Shown here: positions 18,150-25,369 of the stretch, one piece after another | Layout: each line of letters starts with the position of its first letter | How positions within the stretch are numbered: position 1 is the stretch's first letter | Assembly: GCA_023150835.1 (NCBI GenBank) | Contig: JAKLKB010000004.1 | Coordinates: 124,001 to 157,300, forward strand | DNA: 33,300 bases | Direction of reading: 5' to 3' | DNA from: Myxococcota bacterium | Lineage (GTDB): Bacteria; Myxococcota_C; UBA6777 | Position numbers and translations under genes: made by a program | Notes under the pieces: generated by a model | The model's input: only the letters and a program-made list of their open reading frames with translations | What the model was told of the DNA's origin: nothing | The model's database searches: none

Positions 18150-18557
18150 TTGGTATTCTGTAGTCTCCAAAAAGACGTGTTTGCGATCGCCCAAGCGGCA
18201 GAGTCGTTGGATTGAAAACGGACGATCACTCCGCCGAGTTGGGGTCAAGGGGCGACAGTCTATGGCGGGGCGTGGGGCAGTACCCCACAAACCATCGAAC
18301 TGCGTCATACGATATCCGCCCATAGTGTGATCGTAAAGATGTAGGGGCAGCCCCCTGTGGCTGCCCTATTACAGGGTGTTTTGTTTATGCCCGACGGAAC
18401 GGATGGGAGGGCAGCCCCCTGTGGCTGCCCTATTACAGGGTGTTTTGTTTATGCCCGACGGAACGGATGGGAGGGCAGCCCCCTGTGGCTGCCCTATTAC
18501 AGGGCGTCTACGCACGCCCCTTCGTGTACGCATCACTCGGATATCGTATGAGTCCTA
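18150..18557 (+). mobile_element. MITE-B copy whose right TIR is split by a MITE-A insertion
   Basis: Core at 18165-18295, then AACTGCG-TCA [MITE-A] TGA-GTCCTA, which reconstitutes AACTGCGTAAGTCCTA. Confidence 0.8.
18308..18548 (-). mobile_element. MITE-A copy 5 with an internal 64-bp tandem amplification (3 REP hairpins)
   Basis: Perfect TIR TACGATATCCG / CGGATATCGTA. GGGCAGCCCCCTGTGGCTGCCC at 18345, 18409 and 18473. Confidence 0.9.
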
Positions 18558-18613
18558 TCTGAAACGAAGAGCGTTGGCCTTCTTTGTCAACCTGATCAAA
18601 GGAGGTTTCGCTG

Positions 18614-19240
18614 TTATTCTTCCCGTAGGTAGGGTGCGCCTTCGTGGATCGCCTCCAACAGCGCCTCTTCATCGACCGCACCGTCTTCATCCAAAAAGTC
18701 CGGTAAAAAGTAGTCTTCGCAATCGTCGGGGGTTGCTTCGATCTTACAGCCTTGGATGCAGTCGCCATCGCCGATCACGACTGCCGTGACATCCGACTCA
18801 AAATCCATGTAAAAGTCCGTCGTCGCGATGATCAGCTCGGCTTTGGTTGGACCTTCGACACGCAACAAACCACCGTTGTCACCCTGCCGCCCCAAGATCG
18901 CCCCTCGCACACGCAAAGAGCCGCAGATATGGACATTGGGACAACCATGCAGCGCCACATTGTCGGCCACCACGTTGCCCGTCACAAACAAGAAAGAGCC
19001 GCTCCCCCACTCGTGCCAATCCACCGTCCCACGCACCGTCAGATCGCCATCCACGATAACGTTAAACGGATTCCAGTCCTGCGTACTGTCGCTCCCAAAG
19101 TCGCCCGATATCGTTTGATCGCCATCGTACAATCGGATCTCTTGCTCATCCTCAAAGTCTTGATACGGGTAATCGATCTTCTCCGAGATCCCAAAGCTCT
19201 CTTCTGCGTCCTCTGCCGAGATTAGCTTATACCTCGCCAT
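18614..19240 (-). CDS. Acidic hypothetical protein with beta-helix-like (bactofilin/polymer-forming type) repeats
   Basis: Repeated VIVDGDLTVRG, LFVTGNVVADN, VHICGSLRVRG, LRVEGPTKA. Confidence 0.7.
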   Translation of the reverse strand: MARYKLISAEDAEESFGISEKIDYPYQDFEDEQEIRLYDGDQTISGDFGSDSTQDWNPFNVIVDGDLTVRGTVDWHEWGSGSFLFVTGNVVADNVALHGCPNVHICGSLRVRGAILGRQGDNGGLLRVEGPTKAELIIATTDFYMDFESDVTAVVIGDGDCIQGCKIEATPDDCEDYFLPDFLDEDGAVDEEALLEAIHEGAPYLREE

Positions 19241-19379
19241 CCTTCGTACTCCTGCTGTGTTGGGGCCTATGTCGACGCTTCCTTTGCGAATCCTCGCTCG
19301 TTTCCATCCTTACCCGATCTATCGTCTGTTGGCACAAAAAACTTCGCTCTTTGATAAAAAAAATCACCCCCTCCCCAAC

Positions 19380-19455
19380 TTCGCCATCAATCGGGGCTTT
19401 TCGCCATACCACCCAACTTCGCCATCAATCGGGGCTTTTCGCCATACCACCCAAC
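19380..19455. repeat. 38-bp tandem duplication spanning the stop codon of the RNA-repair gene
   Basis: TTCGCCATCAATCGGGGCTTTTCGCCATACCACCCAAC occurs twice in tandem. Confidence 0.9.
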
Positions 19456-22400
19456 CAGTCCTCCCAACTTCGCTTGCCTTGTTGGATCTCCTCAAGCTCC
19501 TTCTGTCCACAACGAAACGCTTGACGCAATTGGGCGAAGGTTTCGGGCGTAACCAAGCGTGCGCTGTTGCGCTGTGGCGCAACAGGCGTATAGATCGGCA
19601 TCAACCCTGTCGAAGGATCTTCTTCTGAACGCTTGTCGATGCGCGTGATCCCGATCGGGTGCATCCACGAACAATGCGAAAACGTCGCAAAGAACGCCTC
19701 CAACAACGCCACCCTTTGCGTCTGCTTCTGCGCTGCGGGATGCGTACACAGCCAAGCCACCAACAGCGCCCAACTCATCCCGCCAAGATATCCCTTCGCT
19801 TGTTCGTGAACTTCCGCTTGCACCGCCCAACACTTGATCACCCGCAAGATATCGGAAAACGCAGCGTGACATCCATAACGCGCAAGCACCGCACGCAGGT
19901 ACAACACATCCAACAGCCCCAACAGCGACCGCTGACTGGCGATATCCCACGCTTCCAGCGACAAGGCACGCTCGATATCTACCGAGTGACCGCGCTGCAC
20001 CATCCAAGAAAGATGCCCCAAGTTCTCCTGAAATCCAGCACTTTCGACAGCTTCTGGCATCCGCGCATACAAGATATCCACTTCGAGGCCCGCCGCTCGC
20101 AACTTCAACAACGGCACCCGCGCATCCCAGATCACTCGCGCCTCTTCGATCCCTTCCCATCCCAAAAGACCCGCCATCACAGAAGAATTGAACACCTCAC
20201 GCGACAACTCCGATGGCCCGATACACAAGATATCCGCATCGCTATGTAAGGTCTGCGCACCGTACGCCGCCGCTCCCACGGGCCACCAGACACGCCAAGG
20301 CAACGCACCTTTCGCCTCGACCGAACAGACACGCTCGCAAAGCCCACGCAATGCCTCCAACAACGCAGCCGAGCGCGTCTGTTTTTCCGAAACAGCCGCC
20401 TCCAACCCCTGCAACCAGCTCCGCAAGCCTTCTTCTGCTTTCTCGATATCGGCCTCTTCGGTCGCCTGTGGCGTCGATGTATCCGCCACGTTCGTGTGAG
20501 GAACGGCGCTTTCTTCTGGAGCCTGCTTTTGGCTTGCGACCACCGCTTGCTCTCGCTCTGGGGCGTTCTCTTCTCCCAAATAAATCGTGCGCTTACCGCC
20601 AAAGAAGACGCGCTCTTGTACTTCAAACGGGGCTTCTCCTTTGCGACAGATCAACGCAACGTGATCCACCACAAAACGGACGGGCCGCCACGATAGTTGC
20701 CAACCCTGTAAGGTTTTTTGTAGCTCTCCGCGAGCGTCCCCACGCAACTGACCCAAACTCAAATGGGGCGTATAACCCGAGCGAGAACGATGGCTTTGCT
20801 CATCGCAAAGCGGAAACAGCGCTTGTAAGGCCGATTGAAGACGGTGCAAGTCACGAGATGGTTCCACCGATGGCTCTAACCAGATCGTATCGCTCTTTCC
20901 GTGACGAAAGCTGCGCATCTGCGAAAAGCTCACTTCAAAGGGCTTCACTTGCGCAAGTGCCGCTTGGATGGCCTTGATCGCATCGGGAAAAAGCACCGAT
21001 TCCACAAAGCCGTACACCAAATTAAGATGAGGCATCCAACGCCTATAGCTTTTGTCGTGCTTTTGGCGGATCGCTTGGATCGGCTCCCACAGATCAGGCG
21101 GTGGTATCACGATCAACGCGCTATGATAGGTCGGTTGGGCCTTTGCCAGCCGTTCAAGCAACGGCTCCTCCAACGGATTCACAGCCTTCAAAGCCTTGGC
21201 CGCTTTCGATACCCCGGCCACCGCGACGATTTGGGTGGCTTCGGATGATTCGGCGACTGCGATGGTTTGAGTGGCTTCGAATACCTCGGCGACTGCGATG
21301 GCTTGAGTGGCTTTCGATACCCCGGCCACCGCGACGATTTGGGTGGCTTCGGATGATTCGGCGACTGCGATGGTTTGAGTGGCTTCGGATACCTCGGCGA
21401 CTGCGATGGTTTGGGTGGATTCGGAGGCTTCGTCAGATTCGGACGCATCGGAGGAGTTCTCGCCACGTTTCGCTCCGTCTGAGTTCTCGCCACGTTTCGC
21501 TCCATCCGAGTTCTCGATCTGTTCTTGCTTTTCGGATACGCCGACCAAATCAGAGGGATGTTGTGTTGCTTTGTTTGTCAACAGCGCAGGATCGGGCGAT
21601 TCATCCAAAGGCACAGAGAAAGACACCGCCAAACCGAAGTGATCCGAAGCGTAATCACGTCCAAGCAAGCCCCCCATCGAACGAGCCGAAGGGAAGCCAA
21701 ACATCTCTGCCTGCATCGGCATTACCGCTGCGTCGGGATCAGCCAACCAAACAGCGTCCAAACGCCGCGAGCGCCCCGAAACGCTCAAGGCCGATGCAAG
21801 TGGATTATGAAGCGGATCGAAACTTTCGCAGGGGCGCTCCATCTCCAACATCGGCCAAGTATCGACAAAACCCGCTGCTTCAACCGCATCCCAAAGCAAC
21901 GGGATACGGCTGGTGTCGAGATGAGCGAGTTCTTCGGGGATCTCCATCAAGGGATACCACACAACATCGCGGGGATCTTCGTTGAGGTCGCCAAACAAAA
22001 ACCCCCGCTTTTGTACAAGCGTCCAATCTTGCGCACAGATCGAAAGAATCTCTTCGCGATCAAGTACACGCAAAGACGCGGATGGTTGGGCGCTTTGCCA
22101 TGCCAAGACGCGACACAAGCTATGAAGCTGCAACGACCGAAGGAACCGACCCATCCGCGCAAAGTCACTGCTGAGATGAACGCACGCTGCAAAACTTAGC
22201 TTCCCACCGAGCGCAAACTGCGCGATCAGCGCGTGCTTTTCCCCTGAAAAACGCAGATCTTGAAGCAAAAAAGGCCGTCGCATCAACAGCAATTGTCCAA
22301 CGCCCTCGCCCAACCCCTGTGCGGTTTCCTCTTCGGACACCCAATAATGCGAGCGCACCGACGAGTTACGCAACAACATCCGCACCATCGCAGGTTCCAC

Positions 22401-23006
22401 TTCTTGCAGCCCGATCAGATCCGCATCACAGGCCGACAAGATCTCGATGGCTTGAGCATAACGCTTCTGGGTCTGATCGCCGCCTGCCGCGTAGCGGCCC
22501 GCAAGAACATTCCACGTCACAACGCGAAAGCTTGGAGATTCGGGGATGGGCTGGATCTCCCCCTCCCAAGGCATCCAGCGACCGAGTGTTGAAACAAACC
22601 GATAGCATCGGCGTGTACGCAACGACAAGCCTTTGAGATGTTGCCGCGCTAACGTGATCCACAGCGATTCTTCTGTCATACTCGACGGAAGAGCGACGAT
22701 CTCTGCGGGAGGCTCGCTCCCCTGCCCAACAACATCTGCCAAACGGTCGATCCGCGCAGCACGATCCCACACCACTTCACCGTTGTATTCGAATCGCTCG
22801 ATCCGATGCCAAGGCACTTCTTCTGGATCAAAACCGTCAAACGGGACGCGCTTGCTGCCCATAAACCGCTCTTGCATCTCGATCCAACAAGCTGCTGTGT
22901 CAAAACGCCGATCCCATCGGATCTGATCGTAGATCTGACGGCCCGTCCGAAATGGACCTTCCACGAGACTCTGGGTTTCTTGCGTTTTTGGGGGTAATTT
23001 TCGCAT
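19425..23006 (-). CDS. Multidomain RNA end-processing protein: MJ1316 (DUF504) + EEP phosphatase/nuclease + 2H phosphoesterase + eukaryote-type poly(A) polymerase catalytic/central domains
   Basis: MJ1316: IYDQIRWD...VPWHRIERFEYNGEVVWDR. EEP: TWNV, LQEV, VHL, GDLN, RLDAVW, SDHFGL. 2H: RWMPHLNL, YTPHLSLG. PAP: SDADILC, ARVPLLKL, VDILYA, IKCWA...GYLGGMSWALLVA, MPIYTPVAPQRNSA. ATG 23006 follows GGAGG. Confidence 0.88.
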   Translation of the reverse strand: MRKLPPKTQETQSLVEGPFRTGRQIYDQIRWDRRFDTAACWIEMQERFMGSKRVPFDGFDPEEVPWHRIERFEYNGEVVWDRAARIDRLADVVGQGSEPPAEIVALPSSMTEESLWITLARQHLKGLSLRTRRCYRFVSTLGRWMPWEGEIQPIPESPSFRVVTWNVLAGRYAAGGDQTQKRYAQAIEILSACDADLIGLQEVEPAMVRMLLRNSSVRSHYWVSEEETAQGLGEGVGQLLLMRRPFLLQDLRFSGEKHALIAQFALGGKLSFAACVHLSSDFARMGRFLRSLQLHSLCRVLAWQSAQPSASLRVLDREEILSICAQDWTLVQKRGFLFGDLNEDPRDVVWYPLMEIPEELAHLDTSRIPLLWDAVEAAGFVDTWPMLEMERPCESFDPLHNPLASALSVSGRSRRLDAVWLADPDAAVMPMQAEMFGFPSARSMGGLLGRDYASDHFGLAVSFSVPLDESPDPALLTNKATQHPSDLVGVSEKQEQIENSDGAKRGENSDGAKRGENSSDASESDEASESTQTIAVAEVSEATQTIAVAESSEATQIVAVAGVSKATQAIAVAEVFEATQTIAVAESSEATQIVAVAGVSKAAKALKAVNPLEEPLLERLAKAQPTYHSALIVIPPPDLWEPIQAIRQKHDKSYRRWMPHLNLVYGFVESVLFPDAIKAIQAALAQVKPFEVSFSQMRSFRHGKSDTIWLEPSVEPSRDLHRLQSALQALFPLCDEQSHRSRSGYTPHLSLGQLRGDARGELQKTLQGWQLSWRPVRFVVDHVALICRKGEAPFEVQERVFFGGKRTIYLGEENAPEREQAVVASQKQAPEESAVPHTNVADTSTPQATEEADIEKAEEGLRSWLQGLEAAVSEKQTRSAALLEALRGLCERVCSVEAKGALPWRVWWPVGAAAYGAQTLHSDADILCIGPSELSREVFNSSVMAGLLGWEGIEEARVIWDARVPLLKLRAAGLEVDILYARMPEAVESAGFQENLGHLSWMVQRGHSVDIERALSLEAWDIASQRSLLGLLDVLYLRAVLARYGCHAAFSDILRVIKCWAVQAEVHEQAKGYLGGMSWALLVAWLCTHPAAQKQTQRVALLEAFFATFSHCSWMHPIGITRIDKRSEEDPSTGLMPIYTPVAPQRNSARLVTPETFAQLRQAFRCGQKELEEIQQGKRSWEDWLGGMAKSPD
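21200..21520. repeat. In-frame tandem repeats forming the EEP-2H linker
   Basis: ENSDGAKRG-type unit x3 and (ATQTIAVAE..E / ATQIVAVAGVSK)n. Confidence 0.85.
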
Positions 23007-23106
23007 CTTCGTTGCCTCCGTGTTTGCGGCAACAAACGATCTCCCCCCTCCCAAAGTTCAAACCAACCCACAAAGGCCCTCTTTCTCTACAGCATCGGGT
23101 GTTTTA

Positions 23107-23200
23107 TAGCAGAGGTCGATTGAAAAGGTGAGCAGTCGAAGCTTGAAGATCACGGATGCTGCGGCCTTCTTTTCATCACCAGTTCAATCGTCCCGTGCTA
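23107..23200 (-). mobile_element. MITE-C copy 2 (94 bp)
   Basis: Reverse complement of 16577-16670 with a few substitutions. Perfect TTA...TTA TSD. Confidence 0.9.
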
Positions 23201-23240
23201 TTAGAGTTTGATATGGGTAGTTGCACCACACGCGCCATTA

Positions 23241-23515
23241 TACGAGATCCGCCCGCTGTGTAATCGGTAAAGATGTAGGGGCAGCCCCCTGTGGCTGCCC
23301 AATCGTAGGGCGTCTAGCGCCATTATACGAGATCCGCCCGCTGTGTAATCGGTAAAGATGTAGGGGCAGCCCCCTGTGGCTGCCCAATCGTAGGGCGTCT
23401 AGCGCCATTATACGAGATCCGCCCGCTGTGTAATCGGTAAAGATGTAGGGGCAGCCTGCCCAATCGTAGGGCGTCTACATACTCTCCTTTGTGTACGCAT
23501 CTCTCGGGTATCGCA
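23241..23515 (-). mobile_element. MITE-A copy 6 with an 85-bp tandem triplication
   Basis: TACGAGATCCG at 23241, 23326 and 23411. The right end is CGGGTATCGCA, with outer TTA...TTA. The third hairpin is partly deleted. Confidence 0.9.
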
Positions 23516-23518
23516 TTA

Positions 23519-23665
23519 GGCAGAGGCAACGCCGTAAAACCCCCGTGTTCGCACCCGTCCAAGCGACAGGGTCGTCTGTGTGAAAAACGATGATCTCCTC
23601 ACCAAACAAGGGGTCAAGGGGCGAACGTCCCTTGCGGGGCGTGGGGCAGAACCCCACAACACCTA
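23519..23665 (+). repeat. MITE-B core copy directly abutting MITE-A
   Basis: CCCCCGTGTTCGC...CAAGCGACAGGGTCG...GGGGTCAAGGGGCGAACGTCCCTTGCGGGGCGTGGGGCAGAACCCCAC. Confidence 0.82.
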
Positions 23666-23827
23666 CCCAACGGCGGAATTCTTATCCTATCAAAAGAAAA
23701 AAGCGCAGTCATGCGGATCTTGTGGGTCTAAGAGGCCCACCTTGCGCAATCCCCCGAGCCTTCTGCGCATCCTCCGTGTTTCTCGTTCAGATCACGCAAC
23801 GTACACTCGATCACACGACCACGCCTG

Positions 23828-24061
23828 TCAACCCCTGCGTCCGTCGCGCCGCCACGCATCCTTGATCGCGCTGCGAGCGACTTGATAGATCCATGCGTTC
23901 ATGCGTTCTTCATCGCGAACATCGCCCAATCCACGCCATATCCGCAACAATGCCTCTTGCAAGACATCTTCTACATCCGACGCAGAGACTCGCTTGGCCA
24001 CGAATTGACGCAATCGTTCGCGCCATGCCCGCCACACCACTTGCCGATCTCCTTGTTCCAT
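23828..24061 (-). pseudogene. ECF sigma factor (SigZ-like), region 2 only
   Basis: LRQFVAKRV...DVEDVLQEALLRIWRGL..VRDEERMNAWIYQVARSAIKDAWRR then a stop. No region 4 found downstream. Confidence 0.75.
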
Positions 24062-24077
24062 CCGCTCTCTCCCGTTA

Positions 24078-24346
24078 TACGATATCCGAGTAGGTACACA
24101 AAGAAGAGTACGTAGACGCCCTATGATCGGGCAGACACTGCCCCTACATCCTTACGATCACACAACGGGCGGATCAAAGAAGAGTACGTAGACGCCCTAT
24201 GATCGGGCAGACACAGGGGTCTGCCCCTACATCCTTACGATCACACAACGGGCGGATCAAAGAAGAGTACGTAGACGCCCTATGATTGGGCAGACACAGG
24301 GGTCTGCCCCTACATCCTTACGATCACACAACGGGCGGATCTCGTA
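24078..24346 (+). mobile_element. MITE-A copy 7 with an internal 76/83-bp triplication
   Basis: TACGATATCCG...CGGATCTCGTA. Units start at 24099, 24175 and 24258. Hairpin variant GGGCAGACACAGGGGTCTGCCC. Confidence 0.9.
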
Positions 24347-24737
24347 TCATCTCTGCGTTACGTCGTTCCCAACCTGTTTTGGGCACTTTCGTACCTTCTA
24401 CACCACAAGACGCCACCCTCCACAAAAGGACGCAAGCCCACACCACGATTTTTCTTCCTCAACCACCCCAACGATGTGCAAAGCCTGCGCGTTCCGCACA
24501 AATCAACATTGAAACACGTTCACAAAATTTTCTCCGCGACCTTGCGCGACCCTTTTTTTGTGTACTCGTCTCCTCAGCCAACAGGATCGCTCCTTGACGC
24601 AACGGGCGAGATCGAGCAAGCCCAAAAAAGCACCGCTCTTTCCGCCTGCGTCATCACGCCTCATTGGAGCCCATTCTAGTTGACCGAAGCGATGACGCTC
24701 TGCTCTCTTCACCCCACTTTCTTTGGAGGATATTGTC

Positions 24738-25358
24738 ATGCGAATCCGCTCTCTTTTCTTGGCCGTCGCTGCTTGCTTTATGCTAAGCGGCTTCCTCTCT
24801 CAAAACGCAAACGCCCAGACGATCTATGGTCTGTGGCGTTCGACCACAGGAAACGTCTTTGAGATCCCTTATGCTCCCGGCAATTCTTTTGACATGGTGG
24901 TGACTTACACCAACGGACAACGCGCTGTCGTCCGTGGTGCTTGGATCCGTGGGATGCGTGGCAGCCAGTTTTTCTACGTCGCTGGTCAGTCCCGTTGCAC
25001 AGGCACGTTCTCGGCGATGCGCTCCAACGTCGTACGAGTCGATTGTAACGGGCGAGTCAGTTGGTGGCAGCGCTCTCGCTCACGCAAAAGCCGCAGTGTC
25101 GCCTACGCTGGAACATGGCAATCCACATCAGGTTCGCGCTTCACTGTCCCTGCGAGTCGTGGGCCGTTTAACATCATCGCCACGTTTCGTAATGGACAAA
25201 AAGCCGTCTATCGGGCTTATTGGGTCCCCGGCATGGTCGGAATCCAGTTCCGCTACGGCAACCCCGCTGTCACGGTGACCTACAACCCAAGCAATCCGGG
25301 CGTCTTGCGCGTTGTCGATGCCCGTGGTGGGGTCTTCTGGTGGCGTCGTCTCTACTAA
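24738..25358 (+). CDS. Secreted protein with two tandem homologous ~90-aa beta-rich domains
   Basis: Signal peptide ending ANA-Q. G.W.ST.G..F..P...NGQ.AV.R..W..GM.G.QF.Y...WW.R occurs twice. GGAGGA SD. Confidence 0.85.
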   Translation: MRIRSLFLAVAACFMLSGFLSQNANAQTIYGLWRSTTGNVFEIPYAPGNSFDMVVTYTNGQRAVVRGAWIRGMRGSQFFYVAGQSRCTGTFSAMRSNVVRVDCNGRVSWWQRSRSRKSRSVAYAGTWQSTSGSRFTVPASRGPFNIIATFRNGQKAVYRAYWVPGMVGIQFRYGNPAVTVTYNPSNPGVLRVVDARGGVFWWRRLY

Positions 25359-25369
25359 AAACCTTCCTC

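Noticed and set aside
18345-18505. CRISPR-like array (palindromic repeat with ~64-bp period)
   Set aside because: The intervening sequences are identical rather than unique spacers, the array lies inside MITE-A TIRs, and there are no cas genes.
21020-21045. First 2H motif reads H-L-N rather than H-x-T/S, suggesting inactivation
   Set aside because: RWxPHxNL is the form I recall as normal for this LENG9-like 2H subfamily, so it is not evidence of decay.
16577-23200. Composite transposon bounded by inverted MITE-C copies
   Set aside because: Each copy has its own TSD (TCA/TCA versus TTA/TTA) and the outer flanks differ, so the insertions were independent.
23232-24346. Two further CRISPR-like arrays (85-bp and 76/83-bp periods)
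   Set aside because: Whole units are duplicated with no variable spacers. They are amplified MITE-A interiors.
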